Assembly (NCBI GenBank): GCA_943789465.1
Contig: CALSUF010000002.1
Span: forward strand, 631,952 to 695,951
Length of the DNA stretch: 64,000 bases
Reading direction: 5' to 3'
Origin: an uncultured Flavobacteriaceae bacterium
GTDB lineage: Bacteria > Bacteroidota > Bacteroidia > Flavobacteriales > Flavobacteriaceae
This document shows positions 9,305 to 18,520 of the stretch, piece after piece. The position numbers and the translations under genes are program-made. Each line of letters starts with the position of its first letter. Position 1 is the first letter of the stretch. The notes under the pieces were generated by a model. That model was not told the origin of the DNA and made no database searches. It saw only the letters and a program-made list of their open reading frames with translations.

Positions 9305-10411
9305 ATGAAAAAACTATTTTCACTTGTAGCATTAATCATCGGATTTACAGTTAGTGCTCAAATAACTACCAGTAGCACAAATAATAGTGGACCCTCTGCA
9401 TCTGCGATTGGGCTGCAAACGACAGCAAGTGGAGTTGCTTCTACATCAATCGGGCGTCAGACATTAGCAAGTGGAGACTACTCCACTGCATTGGGTTATT
9501 TAACATCAGCATCTGGGGGTAGTTCTATCTCCATGGGACGTTCTACATCTGCAAGTGAATTATATGCAACCGCAATGGGACATGAGACAACAGCAGGTGG
9601 AAATTCTTCTACAGCAACAGGATATAAAACAACGGCAAGTGGAGCTGCCTCTACAGCAATGGGGCTAGAGACAACAGCAGGCGGCGATAATTCGATTGCT
9701 ATGGGTTATCTCACATCAGCATCTGGAGGTAGTTCTATAGCAATGGGACGTTCTACATCTGCGAGTGAGTTGTACGCAACCGCAATGGGACATGAGACAA
9801 CAGCAAGTGGAAATTCTTCAACAGCAACAGGATATCAAACAACAGCAAGTGGATCTGCCTCTACAGTAATGGGAAAAGGTACTATAGCTAGTGATTATGG
9901 TTCTCTTGTGATTGGTACATACAATTTAAGCGGTTCAACGGTTACTGTTGACGCAACACTACCCAATATTGGAAATACTGCTTTTGTGATCGGAAATGGC
10001 ACTAATGCTGTAAAATCTGATGCCTTTAAAGTAATGTACAATGGAAACGCTACTGTTGGTAATGACTTAACAGTAAGTGGTGATGTTGTGGTTTCATCAG
10101 ATGCAAGACTTAAAGCAAATATTGTATCTCTAGGTTCTACTCTATCAAGACTATTACTTATTGATGGGAAGCGTTACACAATGAAAAAAGACGGCAAACA
10201 AAAAATTGGCGTATTGGCTCAAGACATACAAAAAGTATTTCCAAAACTTGTTACAACTGATGACAAAGACATGTTAGCGGTAAACTATCAAGGACTTGTT
10301 CCTGTGCTAATTAATGCGCTTAAAGAACAACAATCAGAAATAGACACTTATAGAGAAGAAGTATCTGAATTAAAGAAAATGGTTAATCAACTTATTACCA
10401 AACAAAAATAA
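9305..10411 (+). CDS. Secreted tail-fiber-like protein: Ser/Thr/Gly-rich repeat region plus a C-terminal peptidase S74 (endosialidase/tail-spike intramolecular chaperone) domain
   Basis: Signal peptide MKKLFSLVALIIGFTVSAQ. About 14-residue repeats (T.ASG..STA.G). The C-terminus DARLKANIVSLGSTLSRLLLIDGKRYTMKK...GVLAQDIQKVFPKLVTTDDKDMLAVNYQGLVPVLINALKEQ matches the S74 chaperone-domain pattern (SD.RLK.NI..L...L..l..l.pv.Y.....G..AQ....fPelV........vdY..L.p.li.AiKEq), followed by a coiled-coil tail. Confidence 0.8.
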   Translation: MKKLFSLVALIIGFTVSAQITTSSTNNSGPSASAIGLQTTASGVASTSIGRQTLASGDYSTALGYLTSASGGSSISMGRSTSASELYATAMGHETTAGGNSSTATGYKTTASGAASTAMGLETTAGGDNSIAMGYLTSASGGSSIAMGRSTSASELYATAMGHETTASGNSSTATGYQTTASGSASTVMGKGTIASDYGSLVIGTYNLSGSTVTVDATLPNIGNTAFVIGNGTNAVKSDAFKVMYNGNATVGNDLTVSGDVVVSSDARLKANIVSLGSTLSRLLLIDGKRYTMKKDGKQKIGVLAQDIQKVFPKLVTTDDKDMLAVNYQGLVPVLINALKEQQSEIDTYREEVSELKKMVNQLITKQK

Positions 10412-10424
10412 CATCACAATAAAT

Positions 10425-11303
10425 ATGAAAAAATCACTTACACTTTTAGCATTAACTATGGCATGTAGTATGAATGCACAAATACAAATTTATCAAACAA
10501 ATATTAGCGGATCAACAACTTCTTCAGCAATTGGAAGTTATACAAAAGCAACTGCTACTGGTGCATTTGCATCAGGGAAAGACACAGAAGCAACTGGAGA
10601 GTATTCTCAAGCATTGGGATATAAAGCAAAAGCACATGGAAATAAGTCTTTTGCAATAGGAGATCTCACCACAGCAAACGGAGTTAACTCTACAGCTATG
10701 GGATATTGGACAGAAGCAAATGGAGATTATTCTACATCAACGGGAGAATTTTCAGATGCAAATGGAAAAACTTCTACAGCAATGGGATATGGTTCATATG
10801 CAAGTGATGCTTTTTCTTTGGTAATTGGTCATAACAATTTAAGTGGATCAACGGTAACCGGTAGTGCAACTGAATTTAATTCAGCAAATACTGCTTTTGT
10901 AATTGGAAATGGTAGTTGGCCTTGGGATAGATCAGATGCTTTTAAAGTAATGTCTAACGGAGATACTACAGTTAGTAATGACCTAACTGTAAATGGTGAT
11001 ATCGTTGTTTCTTCAGATGCACGACTTAAAGCAAATATTGTATCGCTAGGCTCTACGCTTGCCAAACTACTGCTAATTGATGGAAAGACCTACACAATGA
11101 AAAAAAACGGTAAACAAAAAATAGGCGTATTGGCTCAAGATATTCAAAAAGTATTTCCAGAACTAGTTACAACAGACGATAAAGACATGTTGGCGGTAAA
11201 TTATCAAGGGCTTGTACCCGTGCTTATTAATGCACTTAAAGAACAAGACGATAAGATTTCAAGATTAGAAAAATTAGTAGAAAAATTAATTTCTAATAAA
11301 TAA
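10425..11303 (+). CDS. Secreted tail-fiber-like protein with C-terminal peptidase S74 chaperone domain (paralog of 9305..10411)
   Basis: Signal peptide MKKSLTLLALTMACSMNAQ. The C-terminal 100 aa are nearly identical to the upstream paralog (DARLKANIVSLGSTLAKLLLIDGKTYTMKKNGKQKIGVLAQDIQKVFPELVTTDDKDMLAVNYQGLVPVLINALKEQ). There is a 13-nt gap to the upstream gene. Confidence 0.8.
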   Translation: MKKSLTLLALTMACSMNAQIQIYQTNISGSTTSSAIGSYTKATATGAFASGKDTEATGEYSQALGYKAKAHGNKSFAIGDLTTANGVNSTAMGYWTEANGDYSTSTGEFSDANGKTSTAMGYGSYASDAFSLVIGHNNLSGSTVTGSATEFNSANTAFVIGNGSWPWDRSDAFKVMSNGDTTVSNDLTVNGDIVVSSDARLKANIVSLGSTLAKLLLIDGKTYTMKKNGKQKIGVLAQDIQKVFPELVTTDDKDMLAVNYQGLVPVLINALKEQDDKISRLEKLVEKLISNK

Positions 11304-11309
11304 AAAACT

Positions 11310-12875
11310 ATGAGAAAGTTAATACTATTAACAACTCTTGTATCTTTCACATTACAAGCACAAAATATTACAGTTGCATCAGGCAAAAGTTTTACAATTG
11401 ATAAAACAGGTTCTGTGACCATGAGTGGAAATTTCTCAAACTCTGGAACCTTTTCATTAAACTCAGATTCTGACGAGTTTTCATCCATTATAATTGGCGG
11501 TTCTGTTACTGGAAATATTACCTATAATCGGTATGTAAATTCAGTAGGTACAGATAAGTGGGATTTAATAGGGTCTCCAGTAAGCGGGCAATCTATTAAC
11601 TCATTTGTTACTGTAAACTCCTCAACTTTAGCCACTAATGGTTCTACTTATGCGATAGGGTTTTATAACAATTCAAACAATACTTGGACAAACTTAACTA
11701 GTGCTGATTTAGGGGGAGAAATTATCTTTCCTGTGGGTACGGGCTTTCAAATGGGGACCATTGCTAATGGAACTGGGATACTTTCTTTTACAGGAAGTCC
11801 AGCTGCTACAAATCAAACACAGGAAATTATTAATAATGATGCTGCAAATTCAGGATTAGGAACAAGATGGAATTTAGTAGCAAACCCTTTCCCTTCTTAC
11901 ATCCAAGGAAATGCCAATGCGCATGTTACTAATAACTTTTTAACAATAAATAGTGATAAGCTTGACGATGCTTATGAAGCCATTTATGGCTATGATGCAG
12001 ATGGAACAGGATATACAATTTATAATAATAGTAGTGGTGCATTACTTCTTGCTCCTGGGCAAGGATTTATGATCGCATCGGATAATACTAACTCTGAAAC
12101 TATTAATAATATTTCGTTTACAACAGACATGAGAACTATTGTGGGGGGAGATGATTTCATTACAAGTAGTAGAGCCATGCAAGACTCTTATGAACTAATT
12201 CTTAAACTTTATGAAGGTGATACAGAAATAGATCAAACAAAATTCTATTTTGAAGATGGGCTTAATCTAGGTTTAGACCCGGGCTATGACGCTGGTCATT
12301 TTAACCAACAAGCATCTTTAATGTCACGGTTAGTAGAAGAAGATCAAGGAATCGGGTTTGCTATCAATTCAATGGGACTTGAGAGTATTAATGATGTCAT
12401 AATACCTCTTGAAATTAATAGAGAATCTGGAAACGGATTCAGAATAAGCATACACATCAATGGTATTTATGAAGGTACAAACATATATTTAGAAGATAGT
12501 CAAGAGGGAACCATGACTCTTTTAAATGAAGAAGACTTTGAGTTAATTCCAGAAATAAATTTAAGCGAAGTAGGTAGATTTTTTATTCATTTAACTCAAA
12601 CTACTTTTTCTATTGAAAATGAAACGCAAACCAATCATTTAAATGTATATAAGTTAGATGCAAATAACTTTATTACTGTAGAAGGATTAGCTTATCTATC
12701 AAATCAGACCAACCTTCGATTATATAATATTCTTGGTGAAGAATTATTATCTATCTCTTTAGCAAATAACACAAACACACAAACAATTTCTACACAGGAG
12801 TTGACCACAGGTATTTATATTATTAAATTAAAATCAGGGAGTAATGTAATTACTAAAAAACTTATCATAAAGTAA
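11310..12875 (+). CDS. T9SS-secreted protein of unknown function (Por C-terminal sorting domain)
   Basis: Signal peptide MRKLILLTTLVSFTLQAQ. The C-terminus LRLYNILGEELLSISLANNTNTQTISTQELTTGIYIIKLKSGSNVITKKLIIK is a T9SS type A tail. 6-nt gap to the upstream gene. Confidence 0.75.
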   Translation: MRKLILLTTLVSFTLQAQNITVASGKSFTIDKTGSVTMSGNFSNSGTFSLNSDSDEFSSIIIGGSVTGNITYNRYVNSVGTDKWDLIGSPVSGQSINSFVTVNSSTLATNGSTYAIGFYNNSNNTWTNLTSADLGGEIIFPVGTGFQMGTIANGTGILSFTGSPAATNQTQEIINNDAANSGLGTRWNLVANPFPSYIQGNANAHVTNNFLTINSDKLDDAYEAIYGYDADGTGYTIYNNSSGALLLAPGQGFMIASDNTNSETINNISFTTDMRTIVGGDDFITSSRAMQDSYELILKLYEGDTEIDQTKFYFEDGLNLGLDPGYDAGHFNQQASLMSRLVEEDQGIGFAINSMGLESINDVIIPLEINRESGNGFRISIHINGIYEGTNIYLEDSQEGTMTLLNEEDFELIPEINLSEVGRFFIHLTQTTFSIENETQTNHLNVYKLDANNFITVEGLAYLSNQTNLRLYNILGEELLSISLANNTNTQTISTQELTTGIYIIKLKSGSNVITKKLIIK

Positions 12876-12883
12876 TATTGAAT

Positions 12884-13087
12884 ATGGAAAAAAAGGCCGC
12901 TACTAAAAAAGAAACAGCTCCTTCTGGAATTACTAGAAAGGAAGCAATAAAGAAAATGGGGAAATATGCAGCACTTAGTGCTTTGGGTACTTTTGTAATA
13001 CTAAATCCAAAAGCGGCACAAGCTCAGTCTGTAGGTTTAGATAGCTCGGGGGATAATCCACCAGACCCTGATGGATGGGGAGATTAG
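12884..13087 (+). CDS. Small peptide (about 67 aa): putative modified-peptide precursor or small exported peptide (K-rich N-terminus, hydrophobic helix, AQAQS, then Asp/Pro/Gly-rich tail ending GWGD)
   Basis: The ORF track calls 12878 (TTG); the first ATG is at about 12884 (MEKKAATKKETAPSGITRKEAIKKMGKYAALSALGTFVILNPKAAQAQSVGLDSSGDNPPDPDGWGD). It starts 2-8 nt after the upstream stop and is immediately followed by the nucleotidyltransferase and HprK-like genes. Note: my hand indexing near 13080 disagreed with the ORF track by 1 nt. Confidence 0.45.
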   Translation: MEKKAATKKETAPSGITRKEAIKKMGKYAALSALGTFVILNPKAAQAQSVGLDSSGDNPPDPDGWGD

Positions 13088-13121
13088 TAGTCAATAACTT
13101 AAAAAAAAATATGTTAAGTAA

Positions 13122-14129
13122 ATGGTTTGTGTTGAAGAAAAACTTTTAGTTAATATCCTTTACCGAGCAGAAAGTGAAGTCTTAAAAGATATAGACATAA
13201 GCCATCTCAACTTTGAAAAGTTAATAAAAATAGCCAGTGCCCATTTAATGCTACCCGCTCTTTTTTTTAATATTCATAAAAAGAATTTATCTTACTTATT
13301 TCCTGAGGATTTTGTAGACTATACAAAAAACATCTACTCTATTAACAAAGCCAGAAATGAGGTGTTAATTTCTGAGGCAAAAGAGCTCTCACAACTACTA
13401 CATAAAAATAATATTAATCATATTTTTCTTAAAGGATCTGCACTTATACTATCTGATGTTTTTGAAGATATTGGAGAGAGAATGATTGGTGATATAGACT
13501 TTATTGTGCAAGATAAGGATAAAGAAAAAATTAAAAACTTGTTATATAATAAAAACTATTACGGTTTATTTCCTGATAGTTTATTTACATTTTTTAAACC
13601 GAGACACTTTCCTAGAATCGTGCAAAAAAACAAAACCATCGCTATAGAGCCGCACACAGAATTATTATCTCCAGGATATAGATGTGTTATTAATTCAAAA
13701 GAGCTGATTAATGATTTTAAAGATGAAGCTAAATCTATTAAAACACCAAGTAAATCCTTTTTGTTTGATCATTGTATATATAATTTACAAATAAACGATA
13801 GAGGATTATATAACTCAAATTACAGTCATCGAAGTATTTACGATATTTTTAAGATAAACTGCAAAAATAGGTTGGACATAAAAAACATTAAAAAAGATAT
13901 ATATACTAAACACTATTTTTTAACCATAAATAAGTTTGAAATATTTGACATAAATATTACATCTACTTTGTTGAATTCATATTTTGACAAATTAATTATG
14001 GTAGGTAGAAATATTTTAAGAAAAATCTATATCCGATCAATACAAATATTTGAACTCTTTGTAAACTATAATTACAGAAAATATGCTTTAAATAAAATTA
14101 TTAATTTCTCTAATAAAAAAACCTCTTAA
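13122..14129 (+). CDS. Nucleotidyltransferase family protein (pol-beta superfamily; PF14907-like uncharacterised nucleotidyltransferase)
   Basis: hG[GS]...11-13 aa...[DE]h[DE]h signature (FLKGSALILSDVFEDIGERMIGDIDFIV) plus a downstream AIEPHTELL motif, as in PF14907 members that accompany HprK-like kinases in peptide-modification cassettes. Confidence 0.65.
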   Translation: MVCVEEKLLVNILYRAESEVLKDIDISHLNFEKLIKIASAHLMLPALFFNIHKKNLSYLFPEDFVDYTKNIYSINKARNEVLISEAKELSQLLHKNNINHIFLKGSALILSDVFEDIGERMIGDIDFIVQDKDKEKIKNLLYNKNYYGLFPDSLFTFFKPRHFPRIVQKNKTIAIEPHTELLSPGYRCVINSKELINDFKDEAKSIKTPSKSFLFDHCIYNLQINDRGLYNSNYSHRSIYDIFKINCKNRLDIKNIKKDIYTKHYFLTINKFEIFDINITSTLLNSYFDKLIMVGRNILRKIYIRSIQIFELFVNYNYRKYALNKIINFSNKKTS

Positions 14130-14142
14130 ACGATCTATTTAG

Positions 14143-15270
14143 ATGCTTAAATATATGAAGGATTCACCTTTTTCTATAACTCAAAAAATCTCTGAAGAGG
14201 ATTCTATTGTATGGTTAAAAGAATCAAATAAATATATTATTTTAAATTCTAACATATTAGAGTTAATTAAAAAAAAATCAGCTTTTTCTTCAAAAGAATT
14301 CTTAACGCTTATAACTGAATCTTTAAATGTTGGTGTTCGTGTAGCGAAAAGAATAAATAAAGAGATCTCAGAGTTCATATTAGAGACAAAACAGGCTGAG
14401 TTAAAATCCAATACAAAAGATCCAATCATAGTAAAATCATGTGAAATAATTCAATATTATACGTTCAATGACAAGGCTATCAAAATATGCTTTGATTCTA
14501 TAGAAACAAAATCATTAATTCACCAAAAACACAATCATCTAGCTAAAGAAAATATGAATACCTATGATGTTCAATATAAGATTTTTAATACTAAGGGTAA
14601 ACTGTATATTTTCAAGAACAATCAAATTGTTGGTAGTTGGAATAAAAGTACTCAACTAAACGAGTTTCAAGGGAAATTCTCTATGGAAATTCTCTGTTCA
14701 TTTTACAATAAAAAAGAACACGATTGGATGGGAGTATTTCACGCATCTACAATTTCCAAGAATAATCATTCAATTATGTTTACAGGCGACTCTGGAAACG
14801 GCAAAAGTACAGCTGTATCCATATTAATGGCTAATGGCTTTAATGTAATTGCAGACGATTTTACGCCGATATTAAGATCAGATTTTAAAACGTACTGCTT
14901 ACCGACAGCTATTTCTATAAAAGAAAAATCATTCCATTTAATTGAGCAGTTACATATAAATCTTATAAATTCTAATGAATACTATATAAGCGAACAAAAA
15001 GGTAATGTTAAATATCTTCCACCAATATCAAAAGAAACTAGTGCTAATTGCAGCACTGTGGTTTGGGTTAAATTCTCTGAAGGTACAGAAAGCACAATGA
15101 AAAAAATTAGTTCACAAAATGCTTTAAAAAAATTCTTACCTGATACTTGGATCTCAAATAAAGAAGTTAATGCAAAAGCTTTTTTAAAATGGATAAAAAA
15201 AATAAACTTTTATGAACTAAATTATTCCGACAATAATAAATTAATCTCTATAATTAATAGTTATTTTTAG
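14143..15270 (+). CDS. HPr kinase/phosphorylase-related kinase (HprK C-terminal-like P-loop domain; HprK-related kinase A type)
   Basis: MGVFHASTISKNNHSIMFTGDSGNGKSTAVSILMANGFNVIADDFTPI matches the HprK C-domain pattern (HA..v..dg.gvLi.G.SG.GKS..al.L...G..lvaDD). There is no N-terminal HprK regulatory domain, only a 190-aa novel N-domain. Confidence 0.7.
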   Translation: MLKYMKDSPFSITQKISEEDSIVWLKESNKYIILNSNILELIKKKSAFSSKEFLTLITESLNVGVRVAKRINKEISEFILETKQAELKSNTKDPIIVKSCEIIQYYTFNDKAIKICFDSIETKSLIHQKHNHLAKENMNTYDVQYKIFNTKGKLYIFKNNQIVGSWNKSTQLNEFQGKFSMEILCSFYNKKEHDWMGVFHASTISKNNHSIMFTGDSGNGKSTAVSILMANGFNVIADDFTPILRSDFKTYCLPTAISIKEKSFHLIEQLHINLINSNEYYISEQKGNVKYLPPISKETSANCSTVVWVKFSEGTESTMKKISSQNALKKFLPDTWISNKEVNAKAFLKWIKKINFYELNYSDNNKLISIINSYF

Positions 15271-15512
15271 ACTTAAAAAAAAAGGTTCATACTATGAAGG
15301 GTAAACACAATAAGGTTGTAATAAAATTTAATTTCCCACACATATATATATTCCTTTTTGTTTTTTATACTCTGTTAACACTTTTTAAAACCTATATCTT
15401 ATTCATCAATAATTTATTTTTTAGATAAAAATTTATAGATTTAGATAAAATTTATAAAAGAAAATATTTATCACGCTGAAATTTGTATGCTATTTTAGCG
15501 TAAAATAATTTT

Positions 15513-15842
15513 ATGAAATTGGATAACGATAAAATTGAAGAAATCATTGAATTGATAGAGTTAGTCATTAGTGAAGACACACATTTACAGAATGCACTTA
15601 ACGATTCTCATAGTACTAATTTTTATACAAAAGAGGAACTTCAAAAAACAATAGATGAAATTTCATCAAAAGAAATGAAAAAAATATTTGAACAAAAATT
15701 AAAAAACTTTGACTCTAACAGAAAAAAATATCTAATGGAAAAATATGGGAAATTTATTTTGAGCGAAAGACTTGTTAGGTCAACAATAAATTCCTCTTTT
15801 GGACTGAAAAGAAAGTATGGAGTATTTGGAAAATATTATTAA
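15513..15842 (+). CDS. Hypothetical protein (109 aa, charged/helical)
   Basis: ORF track only; no recognisable motif. Confidence 0.35.
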   Translation: MKLDNDKIEEIIELIELVISEDTHLQNALNDSHSTNFYTKEELQKTIDEISSKEMKKIFEQKLKNFDSNRKKYLMEKYGKFILSERLVRSTINSSFGLKRKYGVFGKYY

Positions 15843-15937
15843 CGATTCGTACATAACAACGACCTCTTCCTTTATCCCTCCCCCCAAATCAACCAATATA
15901 CTTAATCTATGATGTGTTATGCTTTAAGTATAGACAC

Positions 15938-17545
15938 ATGAAAAAAATTATAATTTTTTGTTTATTATTTTTTTGTAAATATTCATTTGGAGACTCAAAT
16001 TTTGTAATCCAAAAAATACATACAGATAACATATATTATAATGTTGTAATATATGAGAATGAGGCATACGTCAGTTCAAATCATGGGATATTTCTCATTG
16101 ATTCGTCAAGCGGTAAATTAGTAATGCATGATAAATCTGTAGAGGGTATAATAAATCCTGACTTGTCAAAAAATCTTGGTTTTAAAATTGAATTTATTGA
16201 TTCCCCCATCCCTCTTCCTGATTCATACATGTCAACTGTAACTGATTTTGCATACCACCGCAACTCTCTATATGTTGTAACGAAAGGAGACTTACTTGAA
16301 TACGAAAACAAACCCTATAAATTTTCTCCACACGGAAGTGTTCGTTCTATCTCTAAAAATAGTATTGGAACGTATAGCGGAGTGTATATTAATGGAAATA
16401 AACTTAAAAAAACAAACTATACCGATGGACAAATAAGAGAATTCGATAGTATTACATTTGTTTGCTACAATGGCCTCACAGTAGTCAAGGACGCTACAGA
16501 AAAAATTCTATATGATAACAGTAATTCAAAATTTAGTAGTGCTGAATATGGGAAAATTTCAGATATATTTTCAATAGGAAATTCTAATTATTTAGCTATA
16601 TCATCAATTGGTATTTACATATACGATTACAATTTAAACAGTTTTAATTTAATTTATTCTAATAAAAAAAGAATTATTCCAATAAGAAATAAGATTAACA
16701 ATCGTATTCAAAGTGGCAATGAATTCCATTTTATTGATGATGACAAATATTTTTCTGTTGACATAAATACTTTAAAAACAAGAGTTATTTATGACAACTT
16801 TGATTTTAAAATAGATGACATTTTAGAGTGCAGTATTGATGGGAATATTTTCTATGGAATTGCTGGAAATAAATCATTATTTAAATTTAAAAGATTTAAA
16901 AATGAGCTTAAGTTAATAAGCACTTATGAGATGAGTTTATCAGCACATACAATTTCGGATGTTGGAGATCTCGTTTTTTTAACTGGAAACGATGGTTTAA
17001 GTGTCTTTGTGAAATCTATTGGTAAAATGTATAATGGAATTATAATTGACGAGTTCAATAAATACGCTGTATTCAAATTTAAAAATTACATCAGTTTTGG
17101 AAGTATTCACGGAGTTTATAGCATTGAGAATGTTAATGAATATCAAAAGAGCTCATTTCTTCAAAATTTAAGTTCAAACAGCGACAGTCGCTTCAAATAT
17201 GAAGTTCTAATCATATTATTTATTTTAATTTCATTTTTAATAATTTTCAAGTCATTGAAGAACAAAAATTTGTCTAATGAAGAGCTAGTAATAGAAATTA
17301 AAAAATTTATTGTTAAAAACTTAACAACAGTCACTTTGATTACTTTACAAGACAAATTTAATTTAGATTACAATGCTATAAATAATTTACAGAAAGAATT
17401 TAGTCCTGCCAAATTCATAAAACAAGAAAGAAATAGCAAAGCAAAAGAACTGTTTTTAAAAGAGGAATCCATATCAAAAATCTCCAATAACACGGGGTAT
17501 TCTGAATCATACCTTTTGAAGAACAAATATAATTTCTTAAAATAA
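15938..17545 (+). CDS. Membrane-anchored one-component regulator: signal peptide, extracytoplasmic domain, single TM and C-terminal HTH (AraC-like half)
   Basis: Probable start at MKKIIIFCLLFF (the track ORF starts 24 nt earlier). TM segment YEVLIILFILISFLIIFKSL. C-terminal HTH ...ISKISNNTGYSESYLLKNKY. Confidence 0.55.
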   Translation: MKKIIIFCLLFFCKYSFGDSNFVIQKIHTDNIYYNVVIYENEAYVSSNHGIFLIDSSSGKLVMHDKSVEGIINPDLSKNLGFKIEFIDSPIPLPDSYMSTVTDFAYHRNSLYVVTKGDLLEYENKPYKFSPHGSVRSISKNSIGTYSGVYINGNKLKKTNYTDGQIREFDSITFVCYNGLTVVKDATEKILYDNSNSKFSSAEYGKISDIFSIGNSNYLAISSIGIYIYDYNLNSFNLIYSNKKRIIPIRNKINNRIQSGNEFHFIDDDKYFSVDINTLKTRVIYDNFDFKIDDILECSIDGNIFYGIAGNKSLFKFKRFKNELKLISTYEMSLSAHTISDVGDLVFLTGNDGLSVFVKSIGKMYNGIIIDEFNKYAVFKFKNYISFGSIHGVYSIENVNEYQKSSFLQNLSSNSDSRFKYEVLIILFILISFLIIFKSLKNKNLSNEELVIEIKKFIVKNLTTVTLITLQDKFNLDYNAINNLQKEFSPAKFIKQERNSKAKELFLKEESISKISNNTGYSESYLLKNKYNFLK

Positions 17546-17728
17546 AAAACAGATAATTAATAACTAAAATGCAATGAAAAAAATATACAATATCATAAGT
17601 GATTTTATAAATTTTTATACATGTTAAAGTTGATTTTGAGTTAAGTAAAGAACACAAATCAACTTCAATTTATTCAAAAAAGTGATAAAAAATAAATTAG
17701 GCAAGACACTAAACTAAATATTAAAAAC

Positions 17729-18520
17729 TTGATAATAAAATTATTAAAATTCGCTGTATTAGCTTTATTTACCTTACTGAGCGTTGGTCACGCAAGTGCA
17801 CAAGATAAAAACAACCCATATGCAGTTGGACTTGGAACCAATGTTATTGATCTAAGTAATCTCCCTGGAAACACTGTTAACTACAATTTTTCACAATTTT
17901 TGTCTAGAATATCTTATGAAAAATATTTGAAGAAAGGTTTCACTTTACAGCTTGCAGGAACCGTAAATAGTTTAACAAAAGACGGAATGGCGGGTAATCC
18001 AATGAAAGAAACACAATACTGGTCAGCAGATCTGAGTGTAAAATATGATTTAAACAATCTAATAGGAGAACTAAAAAATTGGTTTGACCCTTATGTGTTT
18101 TTAGGAGGAAGTTATGTGAATTTTTCTGATGCTTATGCAAGATTGGTAAATTTAGGTACAGGTTTTAATACTTGGATCACTGAAAATATTGGTTTTAATT
18201 CACAAATAAGCTACAGAAAAGGAGATTCTGAAAAAATCTCTGAGCACTGGCAACTATCATTGGGTTTGGTGTATAAATTTGGTGGTAAAGATACAGACGG
18301 AGATGGAATCAAAGATTCTGATGATTTATGTCCTAATGTTGCAGGTTCTGAATCAATGAATGGCTGTCCTGACACTGATGTAGAAATTGTTTTAAACAAA
18401 AAAGATGAATTTAATTTTAAAGCTAGCGGTAAAAATAAAAATATTAAACTTTTAATTGATGTAGTTGAAGCTGTAAATGGAACTTCCAAATGTAACAAGC
18501 ACAAAGAGTTTTTCGCATGA
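17729..18520 (+). CDS. Outer-membrane beta-barrel (OmpA-N-like) protein with thrombospondin type 3 repeats but no C-terminal OmpA peptidoglycan-binding domain
   Basis: Signal peptide ...[11 protein letters not shown]. Beta-strand-rich region ending ...[14 protein letters not shown]3 repeats [30 protein letters not shown]. The ORF stops 45 aa later, and its stop overlaps the next start (ATGA). Confidence 0.55.
   Translation: MIIKLLKFAVLALFTLLSVGHASAQDKNNPYAVGLGTNVIDLSNLPGNTVNYNFSQFLSRISYEKYLKKGFTLQLAGTVNSLTKDGMAGNPMKETQYWSADLSVKYDLNNLIGELKNWFDPYVFLGGSYVNFSDAYARLVNLGTGFNTWITENIGFNSQISYRKGDSEKISEHWQLSLGLVYKFGGKDTDGDGIKDSDDLCPNVAGSESMNGCPDTDVEIVLNKKDEFNFKASGKNKNIKLLIDVVEAVNGTSKCNKHKEFFA

Noticed and set aside
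9305-11303. Prophage or tailocin region
   Set aside because: S74-domain tail-fibre-like genes are present. The flanks contain no capsid, terminase, portal, baseplate, sheath, lysis or integrase genes, and the proteins carry bacterial Sec signal peptides.
12878-15270. Lasso-peptide biosynthetic cluster
   Set aside because: The peptide core could be read as G-L-D-S-S-G-D (Gly1/Asp7), and HprK-like kinases occur in some lasso clusters. However no Asn-synthetase-like cyclase, transglutaminase-like leader peptidase or RRE/PqqD protein is present in the operon.
17729-18520. Calling the OmpA-like/TSP3 gene a pseudogene
   Set aside because: The missing C-terminal OmpA domain suggests truncation. 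However the ORF ends cleanly in an ATGA overlap with the next gene and there is no trace of OmpA-domain sequence downstream, so it is more likely a genuine short architecture.
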